Assembly: GCA_043228905.1 (NCBI GenBank)
Contig: JBHGNT010000007.1
Span: 22,568,001 to 22,632,000 of the forward strand
Reading direction: 5' to 3'
Length of the DNA: 64,000 nucleotides
Source: Azolla caroliniana
Lineage: Eukaryota > Plantae > Polypodiophyta
Both the position numbers and the translations under genes were made by a program. The notes beneath the pieces are model-generated. The model saw nothing but the letters and a program-made list of their open reading frames with translations, was not told the DNA's origin and did not search any database. This document shows, one piece after another, positions 24,192-37,028 of the stretch (its first letter is position 1; every line of letters begins with the position of its first letter).

Positions 24192-26804
24192 ATGAGATTT
24201 TTCTTTTTGAGGTATTAATTACCATTGAATGTATTAACATGATCAAAGGGTTATTTCTCAAGACCCTTGTTGTACAAGGTCAAGAAAATAAAGGCCATTT
24301 GAGGACATCGTGCATGCATTTGTTTGATAATTTCTCTATTCTTGCCTCAGTCATAATGATATTGTGCCTGAAAACAGCCCTGGTAACACACACTGATAAT
24401 ATCAGTTGGGGATGTGCAATCATGATGATGTTTACAATGGGAACAGCCCTGGCAACATGCACTAATAATATCAACTGTAACTGTTTTGTCTTTTTTGTTG
24501 TTGTGAAAAGGGCAAGTATGGTATAGATGAGTAAGCAAACCAACTAAGTGTCAAATCTTGAATGTGGTGGTTTTTTCGTCTTTGTGTTATTTTCATAATG
24601 ACATTCATAATCGAATTACATGCTAGAATTTTGCATCACTAATATTTGTGATTTGATTAATCATTAGCAGCAATGAAAGTTTCCTTGTAGGTAAAAAGTA
24701 AAGAAGAGAAGGTTTTGAACATGTCAAACTTGAAGATCTAATTCAATCTATGGTGTTGTAAATCATAAGGTATTATTGTTTTCTAGCCATTCACATGGTT
24801 AAACATATGCAAGTCTCGTCCAAAAGAATTAAACGTTTGTTTTAGATTTTATAAACATTGAAATTGGAAAAGCCAAACAAATAAACTTTCTAAAGAATTT
24901 GTTTTGTAAGAACTTTATTATTGGGACCTATGCAAGAAACCTCATGTTATAAATGGTTCTCAACTAGCAAAAATGATGTCCTAATCCACACCTAATAATG
25001 CAACAAATCAATGAATGACTACATGGCAACACTATATTCCTCTTGCAAATGTGGTGAAAATCATGGAAGGTTATGTCTTGATTTTTAGGTGGGAATGAGG
25101 ATATATTCGCAAGTGAAACCAGAACGAGATGAGGGTATCTCAAGTGAAGTGAGGGCAATACTTAATGGAGAAGAAAGGGGAAGAAACTTGAGGACAATGC
25201 TATAAGATGTGTGTTTGAGCTTATAACCTCAACAAGTTATGGTTGGGGTATTGTCCATTGGAAACACGATGTAATGATGTGGCATGCTCATAGGAAGAAA
25301 AACATCAAAACTCTAGGTTTAAAAAAGAGGTTAAGGTAACAAAAGGATGCATCTCAATTAAAAAGAGCTTATCTTCAAAACAAAAAGGTCAACGGTTTGG
25401 GCAATATATGGACTTTAGTGGGTCAAATGAAGGCAATGTGAATTGGTGAATGTGGTGATCATCAATATTTTCCTCACTTGTAGTAGGAGATCCAGAAGCC
25501 TATAAAAGGTACAAGAGAGCTCATTGTCAGGGATTGCCATTTGGGTACTATGCAAAAACATTGTTGGAATTTTACTCAAGCTTAGGATTCCAAATCAAGA
25601 GGGCATTCAAGACTGACAATGAAGTTGTCACTTGTGGGTCCACTAAACCAAAACTCAAGGATCTCCCCCTGAAGCTTTCTTTCTATTCCTAAAATATCTC
25701 TATCTTACTTATTGTCGTTTTAGACAGTCATGTAATAGAGTATTATACCTTGTTTGTATTCTTTTATTATCCTAAGATTTTTGTTGTAATATGGAATTTT
25801 AATACCTACAAAAATTGATTATGGTAATCCTAATGTCTTGTTTAAATCACAATCACACAAGGATCACAAGGGATGTTTGGGCTTGAAAACCCAATCACAA
25901 TGTTGCAAATTCGACAAAAGATAGATTCTTGAATTTCACACCAAATGATTCATGAAACCAACATGAAGAGGTCATTGTGAGGGCCAAGAGGGGATTTTCA
26001 TAATGCAAATCTGAGCTTTGAGTAGAAAGTTACGAGTGAAAGATTGATTTTTGGACGAAGGGAGTTAAAATTGGACACACCAACCAAGGCCAACGTTCAA
26101 CCAATTTGGCTCCTTTGAAATGTTGAGAAAAACAATTCCATGCTTCAAGGTTTCACTTCCCCAAATCAAGGAATTAAAACATTCCTCAAAGCACAAGGGA
26201 CCCCAAGCTCAAAGCTTCTGAGGAAAGCTCCCTTGAAAGCTTTGAGCTAGGGGTTCCTTGTGCTTTCCTCTAAATTGAGGAAAGGCCTCGTCAACCTAGT
26301 TGTTGACCCTGTAGTTGGAGTTACCACTGACACACTTCCTTGGAGCGACACTATTGTTGCTACCCCGGATGTTGTTGCAACTACTGCCACCTCTATAGTC
26401 AATATCACTTGCCGCCACATACCATTCACTTTATGCTTTACCGTCTTGGGGGTCTCTAGAATCACTTTCCAATGGATCTTTCCAAAACTCAATGTTGTGC
26501 TAGTTCCATCACATTTTGAGATAGTGTTTCATTTATTGAGCTACAAAGGCATATGACATGTTTGGGAGATGCAAAATGTGTTTGTATAGTTTGACATCAC
26601 AAGCAAGAACGCAAAGACATGTTAGACGATTGAAAGGCAATTAGTCCTCTTGGGAACTCTCATTGTTGGAAGTTTCTAGGTTGTTGTCCCATATGAGGAA
26701 GTCTAAAAATATGTGTGTTTTGGTTCGGCGCCTTATTCAAATCATGTGTCACCCACCCCCTTCATCATTTGATTGGGTCAATGTACGTGAGCTCATTTTT
26801 GGTC

Positions 26805-26906
26805 ATCACCATCAATCATCAATCATCAATCATCATCAATCATCATCATCATCCATCACCATCAATCATCATCATCAATCGTCGTCATCATCATCATCAT
26901 CACCAT
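26805..26906. repeat. Degenerate (CAT/ATC)n microsatellite
   Basis: Read directly from the sequence. Confidence 0.85.
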
Positions 26907-27029
26907 TGCCGAATCGCCTCAATGTGTGTCACAAAACATTGACCACCTCATCATTGGCCCTGATCATCGTATTGATTGGAAGGTATGGGGGGCCATAACT
27001 TAAAAACAAAAACTCATTTGTTGTACAAC

Positions 27030-27403
27030 TAACAATCGACAACGGTTTGGTTCAGGTTTAGGTTTTTTAAAACGGTTCGGTTTCAACAATCAGAAACCGC
27101 AGTTTAAATGGTTGAACAATTTTTTATTTTTTATTTAGAACTTTTCATTTTTAGACCTTATTCTCACATTTTAGGAACATCTGTAAAATTTAAAAAAATT
27201 TTAAAAATGAAATATTATAAATTTAAAATTTGACCTAAGTTGAAAACTGAAACCGAACCACGAAACCGCGGTTTTAACGGTTTAAAAAATATTTAATGGT
27301 TCGGTTTTAACGGTTTTGTGGTTCAGTACAATTTAGGTTTCAAAATTTTTAATCGGTTCGGTTTTGACCCTCTCAAACCGAACCGAACCGTTGCCGATTG
27401 TTA
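27030..27403. mobile_element. hAT-type MITE upstream of RPA43
   Basis: 18-bp TIRs TAACAATCGACAACGGTT / AACCGTTGCCGATTGTTA (1 mismatch) and AAACCG subterminal arrays. The 8-mer TGTACAAC occurs on both sides, offset by 7 nt on the right. Confidence 0.8.
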
Positions 27404-27805
27404 TACAGTATGTACAACATTGAACCCACTTAACATTCATTCATTCATTCTTATTCTCATAAGAGATAAAGAGAATCTCATAGTATAAACCATACGTACA
27501 TTCGCATTCGAGAATGTTTCAATCATTCACGTATGGTAAACACCCTCGAAGAAATGGTAAATACCATACTTTTGGATTAACGATTTATTACGAGGTAAAT
27601 AGACCTAAAAAAAGGGGAAAAAACAAAACAAAAGAAAACCTTAAAAAAAAAGGGGAGAGGAAAAACAAGCATAAGAATGTTTGAATAACATTCGCATTCG
27701 CGAACACGAATTTTAAGTACTATGAATTATTAAGAGATCTCAGATAATAAAGACAAGAAGAAACTTCAGGGTTTTGTTCTGTGTCTGTTTTTGTTCTTCA
27801 CTTCC

Positions 27806-27849
<44 letters not shown>

Positions 27850-27982
27850 GTCTGTCTGTGTCTCTGTTTCTCTGTGTGCGCGCGCGCCGCCGGGCTGTGC
27901 AGAGACAGAGACAGAGACAGCGACAGCGACTGCGGAACTGAGCGGACTGAGCTGCAGAGAAAACTGAGAGAAGTCCATAACG

Positions 27983-30900
27983 ATGCGGGAGTGGCTCAAG
28001 GTAGCCATGGCAGAGATGCAAGTGTGCGTTCACCCTGCTTGGGCCAACGACGTCCGGAGAGGCGTCCAAGATAACCTCAACGCCCTCCTCTTCAGGTTCT
28101 CTCTCTCTCGCTCTCTCTCCACCATTCGTTGATTTCTTCCTTTCAAAATGATATGAGTAATGGTTGGTTTTGGGTAGGAGAGAGAAAAAGTATACAAAAT
28201 TACATTTCTGGATTATCAGAAGCGTCTGTTTGCTATGCGTTACAAACGAGCTCATTGCATTTTGATCACATTTTTCCATTTTGATCACATTTTTCCGGTG
28301 TCATGATTGTCAATGTGAAAGATTGTGTGTAATTGAGTGTGTGTGTGTGTGAGAGAGAGAGAACTGTGTTCTTACACCTTCAGATGCAATGAGGACCTAG
28401 ATGGTGTAGCGCTCGCTTACTTGGACCTGAAAATTCCAAGCCGTATTGCAAAAATACTATCGGGTTTATCGCCATATTTTAGAGTCAACGTTTCAGCAAA
28501 GCTTTTGATATTCTCACCAAAAGTCGGAATGATGCTGGGTACACCCAAATTTCTTTCAAACTTTTGTAAGTTTTAAGTTCGATGTTTCACATTATTGTCG
28601 CAAAAGAAGTTTTTTTCTGGACATAAAGAACAACCATTTTGGGGCTTGGGGTTTGGTGTATAGAGGGAAAAGTGAACAAAATCGAAGAGGATTATATTGG
28701 TGTCTTGGTACTGGGACTGTTCAATGCAGCGATTGGTATCAGTGACATAAGAGAGGGGTTTCGATTTTCAGAGGTACGCTTTTATCCAATTTGTGATGCT
28801 TAAAAAATGCATGTATACTTCGTCCTGGCTTTCTGGATTAATTCTAGTGTGGAATGATAGGAGAATTTCGAAAGAGCATGGGTCAATGATTCTGAGCAAC
28901 ATTGTATAAAGTTGGGCACTCCTATTACATTCTCTGTTAAAAGGTATTCCTTCAGAACCCAAATGATATGTAACATTGAGCATATATGAAGACAAGAAGA
29001 GTAAATACATTAAGCATCAGAACAGTTTCCTTTTGTCTTTTTACTTCACGAGGAGGCCAAATTTGATCCATGGCCAAGTATACATCTTATTTGTGTCTTC
29101 TTCCTAGGAAGGTGGCTTACTACTTTGTAGTCAAAAAGCTCTATGAGAAAATAATGTGCGCACTGCTGTGCACAATTTTCTGGGTGGTGCTGTGTATGGT
29201 GTCTAAATTATTGGCCGTGGCACCACTTAAACAAATTTTCATAATTTCTGCATATATGCTGAGCATATAAGAAGTAAGTGAGATTCGTCCTTCACTAAGT
29301 CTTCATTGCATACCTTGCATATCTTCATACTTGTTGCTTTTTTGGTCCCATGACACTATCTCAATATCTAACTCTTGTGCGGGAGTTATAAGAAGTGCAA
29401 GGGCTGCATGAACTAAGGCCCATGGGGGTGGTAAGATGTGGTTAGATGGATACATCATGGCATTCTTGTAATCTATACTTTCAACATTCGGAGCTGATAT
29501 TTGCAATGCCATATTCCGATTTTGACTTTTTACATCTTGCCATTTTGTCCTCGATGATTCCATTTCACTTTCTTTCACTGAATCTCAATTTTCATAGCAT
29601 CACTTGAGAACTCTGATAAATCTTCCACTCCCCATCTTTTGAACCATCTCCTCATGTCTAGCACCCAAGTAGATCAGAGATATTTTCTCTGTTTTCTGCA
29701 TCTTGCATCGTACTTTTACTGCAAGTCTTGGAATCTGTGATGCTGCATATTCTTTATTTTTCTAATATACTTGTATACTCTTTTCAATCCTGACACCTAC
29801 ATGGGCCGGGCATTTGTTTCTAATAACATAATCTGATAGGGTGTGGAGGATTTAACTCCCAGTTGTCTCCCTATGCACATTTTTTGAAATTTCTCTATCT
29901 TATTCCATGCACTATACGCTGTAAAGCAAACACTTGGACTACCATAGTGTTAAATAGCATTAATCTGACATCCCATCCCTGAGTATCACTTTGATTGCAT
30001 TTATTTTTCAAACATATAATAACTGTTCCAACCTGATTGCTGTTTAGGCTCATAATATATACTCCCTTTTTGTTGCTGGGACATCAATATCGAGATATTT
30101 GAACCCTTGTACCACATGGTATTGGTTCTCCCTTGCATGTGTATGTGGGGTAGTTTCTTGGTTGAGCCCCTAGCGACCATTTCTTTGTTTTCCACATTTA
30201 CAGTTAACCCACAACTTTGAGAAAATGTTTTCAAAACACAAGTGTTTCATAGCATCCAAATTATTCCAGTGTTCCTCTGCGTGGGGAAATAGAATAGAAT
30301 AGAATTTTTATCGTCCATGATGAGGCCAATTTTGACTTATTGGATCAAATCAACATATCATCTTGTATGTGACTCCTTCCTAAGAAAGGGGGTTACTACT
30401 CTGAAGTGAAAACTCCCTATGTGAAAATAATGCATGGACATATGTGCTCACCCTTCTTGGTTGAAATTTGAAGATGACACTCGCATTATCATGCCTGTTT
30501 AACAAATCATATTTCTCACGGATTACCTTATACGCTGAACATGAAATAAGTAAATGATATTTATCCTCTACTAGGTAAATATTGCATACTGAGCATATCT
30601 TCATGTTTGCCTGATGATGCCATGATGTGACCTGAACACCCAATTTGTGTGAGCGAATTCAAAGAATTGTTAAAGCTCTCCGAGAGCCAAGGTTCATGGG
30701 GGTCGTTAGATGTGATTGGATACGTTCAGGCATATTTTTCTTGCATTGGAGGGTTAATATTTGCAATGTATTATTCCAATTTTGACAGGATAGCATGATA
30801 GGATAGGATGTTGAGGATTTTACTTCCAGTTGTCTACACAAGAGCATCTTTTGGATTTTCTCTATTTCATTTTTTTACCCCCCAATGCAAAAAAAAACAG

Positions 30901-31722
30901 ATTTTATCTATTCCAATTTTTTTCTTTTGGATTTTATAATGTAGCCATCAATATGAGGTATATGCTTGGCTTCATGTTCCTAAGTTTCATTGATAACTAT
31001 AATATCTACATTGTGAGCTACATCACTTAATCCCAAGCCTTTATTCCATGGATATCTTATCTCCTACAATTCCAAAACATGATTTTCAAACTTGAGGCAG
31101 TCTCATAGGTCATCACTTGCTATGCATTTTGAGTTTCATTTCTAATTGCATAAGCTTGCCTTCTTGGTTCTTGCTCCTTTGGGGTGAGAGAGAGAGAGAT
31201 TTATGTTTGTAGTGTCGAGGACAAGGATGATTTTTTGGATATAGCTGGATCATTGGTGCCGAGTAATACAGGATCTGTACAGTGGTCAACTCATCCCAAA
31301 TCTAATATATTGAGGTACCCACTTGACACTTGATGATGATGAGAAGCTAGAGCATTTTTTAATTGCTTAGTGTTGGTTTCTTTACTTATTGCTTTGCATA
31401 GGTTGTATTTTGGGATGTATATATATTTGGCTACTAGTTAACAACAACAAAAATAATCGATGCATGACAAAGAGGGAGCTCTACTATCTATGTACTTGTG
31501 ATTCCATTCTTACATCTAAAGTCTAGACCAAAGTCTATATTTTGTGATTCATCTCGTTTGTTTGAGCATCATTGTTATCTTTGTTCTCTCTTTTGTTTAT
31601 TTATCTTTTTTTATATGTTTTGTTGTCTCTTTAGTAAGGAAGGGAAGGAAAAGCGGAAATTAAAGCGAAAAGACAGAGAGCACGATGTTTCGGATGCAAC
31701 TGGGCTTTGGAATGGTCACTGA
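27983..31722 (+). CDS. RPA43: DNA-directed RNA polymerase I subunit RPA43 (Rpb7-like); 216 aa
   Basis: Exons 27983-28095, 28384-28538, 28664-28773, 28861-28943, 31213-31314, 31635-31722, all GT-AG, 651 nt in frame. Protein MREWLKVAMAEMQVCVHP..LLFRCNEDLDGVALAY..AKILSGLSPYF..FSPKVGMMLEGKVNKI..LVLGLFNAAI..DIAGSLVPSNTG with a Lys-rich tail. Confidence 0.9.
29500..30270 (-). mobile_element. RTE/RTEX-like LINE fragment (RT thumb region) in RPA43 intron 4; boundaries approximate
   Basis: LKTFSQSCGLTVNVENK RT-like motif. Downstream GGGAGTTAAATCCTCCACACCCTATCAGATTATGTTATTAGAAAC matches 3285-3330. Confidence 0.55.
30288..31100 (-). mobile_element. RTE/RTEX-like LINE 3' end in RPA43 intron 4
   Basis: KICSVCNIYLVEDKYHLLISC zinc finger; 3' end GTCAAAATTGGCCTCATCATGGACGATAAAAA(TTCTA)n on the minus strand. 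Confidence 0.75.
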
Positions 31723-32040
31723 AAAACTAGAGATTAAAGTCGACGGGAGAGGAAGAGTGTTTTATATGCCTCTATTTTCCCTCTGCCGTATTCATGTATA
31801 ATATCATCAAGAGATCACTAAGAGAAGGATTTCCGTGATGGTCTCATTTATGCAAACAAGTTTGGCATAACCCATTTGTCCTCGAGAATGTCATCTGTCT
31901 TTGACAAAAAAAACTTTTTCCAAAAAAGGCCTCCAAGGCGTAGAGTAATAGTTAATAGAAAACATTTATTCAGAGTATTTTGACTTTCTTCACTCCCAGA
32001 ATACGATATACGATATTCTGGTTTTTATGAGAGTATTCGC

Positions 32041-32502
32041 TATTTTGATGTTCGTATCTTTTGTGCCATTATCTTTAGTGTTAACTGGATTTTAACTAGG
32101 TCCAAATTTCTCGAGTGAGTGTGTGATAACATTTTTACAAGTTTTGCAAGAGTATCGAATGGTATTTTGGTCAATTTTGAAATATGGAGGGTGTATTTTG
32201 ATGTTCGTATCTTTTGTGCCATTATCTTTAGTGTTAACTGGATTTTAACTAGGTCCAAATTTCTCGAGTGAGTGCGTGATAACATTTTTACAAGTTTTGC
32301 AAGAGTATCGAAAGGTATTTTGGTCAATTTTGAAATATGGAGGGTGTATTTTGATGTTCGTATCTTTTGTGCCATTATCTTTAGTGTTAACTGGATTTTA
32401 ACTAGGTCCAAATTTCTCGAGTGAGTGCGTGATAACATTTTTACAAGTTTTGCAAGAGTATCGAATGGTATTTTGGTCAATTTTGAAATATGGAGGAGGG
32501 TG
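32041..32502. repeat. 153-bp tandem repeat, 3 near-identical copies
   Basis: TATTTTGATGTTCGTATC starts at 32041, 32194 and 32347. Confidence 0.95.
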
Positions 32503-33333
32503 TTTGTGCATAACAACTATAGGTTAATTTATATGACTCTGTCTCCTTATGAATGTATGTATACCTCCGAAATGTTCTTTACTTCAATGTTACCTTTTAG
32601 ACATTTATCTTTTGCGACACATGATGCTAAATAATTATCATATTATAGAAGCGAGTGTATCTTTGTAATGGAAGGAAGGACATGCTATGCCATTGTAGAA
32701 TGAGGCAAACTCATAACCCATGGTGCAAAACCCTAGTTATAGAGAATGAATGATGCCACCTATTTATGTGTTTGTGAATATGGAAACAAGCTACTTAACA
32801 TTTACGGATTTTTGGTCAATTGTGTGGAGAAATAGGCGCTTTGTAAAATTGTGAGCAAGTTAAGCTCGAGGTTGTAAGTGACATAAAAAACTTACGTGGC
32901 CATAGGGAATTAGGGCAAGCAGCTTGTGCACGAGTTGTTTAGGATGGATAATTGTAGGCATGGTTTAGGCATCTTCGATTGTACAAAAGATGGAAGGGAG
33001 ATGAGTGGAATCCATCAAGCGTAGAGGATGGTGATGCACAAAGGCAATTGTTTAGTGTGGGGTGGCAAGGTTGGACTAAGGGAAAGGTTCGGCGGGCGAT
33101 TTTTCGGGGACATGTGGTTCTCAAGCTTACCGTGCGAAGAGCATGCACAAAGTGGGGGATCGGCAAGCAACTGGACAAATCGTGACTCGTGTGGATCCCA
33201 TCCTGGTCCCCAGAGTCCGAGAAGGTCATGGTTTCTTTTGTTGTTCTCAATGTTTTCCTTGTGGGAGATCACGCCACAAGCGCCTCTCTCATGGAGGCAT
33301 TCCAAGAGACATGGGAAGGGCGATGGTAGGACT

Positions 33334-33631
33334 TAGGCATTGACTCGGCTCAAGCTTGAACCGAATCGTTAAACGGTTTGGAGGTTCGGTAGGCTTGACC
33401 TTCCTTAACCGGTTTGAGCTCGGAGGGGGGGGGGGGGGGGAGGGGAGCTCAAGATGAACCGAACCGATTTGGGCCAAACCTGTTTCCTAATCGGCTTGGC
33501 TAAGCCGGTTCCTAAACTGGTTTTTGCTTAACCGGTACCGGTTCATTCAAGTATGGATACTTCTCAAACTAGTTAAGGTGTAACTGGTTTGGTTTGGACA
33601 GGGCCAAACCGGTTAAGCCGAAACCGAACGT
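33334..33631. mobile_element. Truncated hAT-like MITE (AAACCG/CGGTTT arrays, poly-G core) at the RRM gene promoter
   Basis: Starts TAGGCATTGACTCGG and has dense AACCG motifs like the other two MITEs. No matching right TIR. Confidence 0.5.
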
Positions 33632-33791
33632 CTTTCTTCTTCTTCTTCTTCTTCTTCTTCTTCTTTTGAAGAAAGAGAAGAGAAGAGATTGATTTCTTTC
33701 TCTTTTTTTCCCTCCAAAATTTTAGTGCAAATTTTTACTGGCTTTCTGCTTTTCCCTCCCCACAGCAGCAGAAAATCAAGGAAGAAGAAGT

Positions 33792-33799
33792 TAGGGTTT
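33792..33799 (-). promoter_or_regulatory. Telo-box-like motif (AAACCCTAA) in the 5' region of the RRM gene
   Basis: TTAGGGTTT on the + strand, with site-II-like TGGGCC/GGGCC near 33470 and 33601. A similar TTAGGGTTT lies near 14598 upstream of THADA. Confidence 0.4.
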
Positions 33800-34079
33800 C
33801 AGGTTTCTTCTTCTTCTTCTTCATTTTCTTTCTAGAAATCTCTTCTGCTTCCCTCTGTCCTCTCTCTATCTCTGTAAGGTAAGCCAACAAAGTCTGAGAT
33901 TTTTCAGGAGTAAGCATCAGAAGAAGAAGAAGAAGAACAGGAGGTCGCGCCTTTTCAAAAAGACGGAAGAAGGAAGATAAGAAACCGTAAGAAGAAAGCA
34001 GCGTGAGGAAAGAGGAGGAGGAAGAAGAAGAAGAAAAAGAAGAAGAAGAAGAAGAAAAAGAAGAAGAAGAGGGAGGACT

Positions 34080-36525
34080 ATGGAACAGGAAGGAGGGGCC
34101 GTCATGATGAATGATGGTTCTGAAGATGGGAAGCTATCGCTCACCGAAATAGAAGGTAATTCAGAGCCTTATTCTATCAATGATGAAGAGGAAGCCGTGG
34201 AGGTAGCAGCAGCTGCAGCAGAACAGAAAGTAGACGAAGAAAATGAAGCTGAAGAGGAAGAAAATGAAGCAAAGGAAGATGAGGGAAATCTTGTCGATGA
34301 AGGAAAAGAAGGAGATTATAGGGAGGACAGAGATGAGAATATGGATGCAAATCTAGCATTTGATGACGATGATGGGCAGGAGAAGGAAAGAGATGAGAAT
34401 TCAGATGGAAACATAGAAAGAAAAGAAGGCGTTGTGATGATGAACGGAGACACGGATTCTAAAGGGGGCGATACAGCTCACCTTTCTGGTTCTTCTTCTT
34501 ACACAGAATCTTCAGCAAGTAGCAGGAATTCAAGGTTAGTGTCTGTTTGAAATTTTGGTTCTCTCTTTCAAATATCGTAATGCTAGTTCAAAAATACATG
34601 CTGTTCAATGCAATATGCCTGTTTTTTCAAGATGTTTTCTGCTCATTCCTAATACTAATTCAGAAACGTGTTAAATGTTTTTTGCACTATGCTTATGTTT
34701 TACAAGATGTTGTTTGTACTTCTCTCCCAATGGTGATTTCTTTAAGCTGTATTTTGCACTGATCTGTCGGCCATGTTATTCTGAAAGATTTTTTTTCTAA
34801 TGCTTTCCCAAGATATTTTCCATCTCCCTTCATGGATATGTTGATTTTGCGCAATCTTTTGCTTAGCAAAATTTCGATCCATATGCATCCCTTTCTTTCT
34901 GTCTTTAATATTCTTTCCTTATGCTGTCCAGATACTAGCTGTTCTTCTGTAAGAGGGGAGTTAGACATACACTATATGATTTAATGGTTATCTGGGTTAG
35001 ATTAATTGGATCCATTGAATTGGCTTGGTTTTGAAATCTATATTTCTCTCGTTAACATTAGTTTCTTTCTGGTTTCAGGGGAAAACTTTTTATCGGCGGG
35101 CTGACTAGAGACACAACTACAGGTATCTGCGTTTCTCTTTTTGCTTGGACTGGTGCTTTCCTGTCTTTCATTCATGCCCATTTATCTCAGATTGATGGCT
35201 TATTTTGCCATGTTGATGTTTTCTTTTCTTATATTGATGTTCTACTTCTTTCTTTCCATCTCATTTCTTATCATGATCTTGTGCTTTTGTAGAAATGCTT
35301 ACTGTCCATTTCAAGAAGTATGGAGAGATAATAGATTCAGTTATTATGAAAAATCGAAGCACCGGTCATCCCCGAGGATTTGGTTTTGTCACGTTTTCTG
35401 ATCCCTCAGTTGTTGACAATGTTCTGAGAGATTCACACGTTCTTGATGGCAAAACTGTATGTTAACTTTTGAACTGCTAACTGAATTGGACCTCCTGAAA
35501 AGAAAGTAACTGTTACTATTTCCTGTCACTAGGTTGAAGCAAAACGAACTGTACCACGTGAAGGTGAAGCTGTACCGAGTAGAGGACCAAAAACAAAGAA
35601 GATTTTTGTAGGAGGACTCAAGACCTCCACAACAGAAGGCAAGCCATATATGTTTACTCTCTATCACTTGCATGTGACATTCTACTAATGTTGTGCTACT
35701 GTAGAGGGGTCTTGCTAAATGTTTCACAGTTAAACATTGTTAAATAGTCCTATTTTTTATTAACACGTCCTTTATGTGATTCAGAGGAATTTAAAAGATT
35801 CTTTGAGAAGTTTGGAAAGATCGCTGAATGCCAAGTTATGCAAGATCATAGCACTGGAAGATCTCGGGGTTTTGGCTTTGTTACCTATGAAAGCGAACAA
35901 TCGGTTGAGAATGCCTTGACTCAAGGTAGAATGCATGAACTTGATGGTAAACAGGTAATAAGCTGAGACACGTAAGGAGTGATATTTTAGTTGCTATCTT
36001 GTCCATGGTAAAGTTTTACATGATTGATAGATAGTGTGCTTGCTGATATTTGTATAGGTTGAAATTAAGAAAGCAGAACCAAAGAGAGGCGATGAAGCTC
36101 CTCTTTCTCAAAGTTACGACAGAAGTGGTCATAGAAGGGGAAGAGGAGGTTCTAGTTATGATGGAAATACAGGGTTTTATGGTTCTATAAGTGGTGTAAC
36201 TACATCTTATTATGGCAGTGGGTCCGGTGGACCTTCAAGAGGAAGTAATGGAAGGCTGGGTAGTGGTTATTCTCCATATGGTGCATCATATGGATATGGT
36301 GGTGGTTATGGAGGATTCTATGGATATGGTGGTATTGATGATAAGTCTGGGGGGATGGCTTACAACTATACAGGTTTTGGACCTGGATCTGGATCTAGTT
36401 ATGCTAATATTTATGGTGGTGGAGGTTATAGTGTTAATGGTGGAGGCTATGGTGGTAGTGGTGGTTATGGTGGTAGTGGCCGTGGTTATAGTGGTGGAAG
36501 ATATCACCCTTACAGCAGGCCGTAA
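34080..36525 (+). CDS. Two-RRM glycine/tyrosine-rich RNA-binding protein (hnRNP A/B, Musashi or plant RBGD-like) with an acidic N-terminal extension; 468 aa
   Basis: Exons 34080-34534, 35079-35122, 35293-35456, 35533-35638, 35785-35954, 36058-36525 (1407 nt in frame; intron 4 is GC-AG). RNP2 KLFIGGL/KIFVGGL, RNP1 RGFGFVTF/RGFGFVTY, VEIKKAEPK, GY-rich tail ending GRYHPYSRP (PY-NLS-like). Confidence 0.92.
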
Positions 36526-36856
36526 TTTTAGATAAAAGCTAGAGAGCTGCTCTAAAAACATCGAAACATAGCTTTCACATTGCAAAGGATTGAAGTGGCT
36601 TAATGCACCCAGGTTGTGGTGAGAGGCTGCCTTAAACTCTAGAAGTGTATGACATTGCCTTATGAAAGCCTTTGGATTCTGAGGTTAAAGACAATGCCTT
36701 AAAGGCAAGCTTGATTTTTAGAAAAATAGCTTCCTATTGTAGGAGCTTTCCCAAGTATTTTGTAATGGACATGTATTCCTTTTATTTACAAAGATTTATT
36801 CTCATTCCTTTATAGTTATGAACAGTTTGAGAAGCATATGACTGATGCTATTTTAG

Positions 36857-37028
36857 TGACAAATCACACATGATCCGATAACTGTGTATATTTAGATTTT
36901 AAACTTAATGAGATAACTTAATGCGTAGTTGACAAATCACAAATCTTCACCTTGACCAAATCACACATGAGCCGACAACTGTGTGCAGTTTGATCTTAAA
37001 CTTAATGAGATAACTTAATGCATAGTTT
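36857..37028. repeat. Duplicated block of about 73 bp downstream of the RRM gene
   Basis: AAATCACACATGA.CCGA.AACTGTGT...TAAACTTAATGAGATAACTTAATGC.TAGTT occurs twice. Confidence 0.85.

Noticed and set aside
24900-26700. Possible LTR-retrotransposon remnant (TATAAAAGG near 25501, short ORFs at 26247-26556)
   Set aside because: No termini, PBS, TSD or protein motif could be pinned down.
32040-32516. 158-aa ORF with three 51-aa repeats
   Set aside because: Artefact of a 153-bp tandem repeat. No recognisable domain or gene structure.
15155-36525. THADA, RPA43 and the RRM gene as a co-oriented RNA-metabolism cluster
   Set aside because: Three unrelated housekeeping genes separated by kilobases of repeats. 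Nothing in the sequence supports a functional cluster without synteny or co-expression data.
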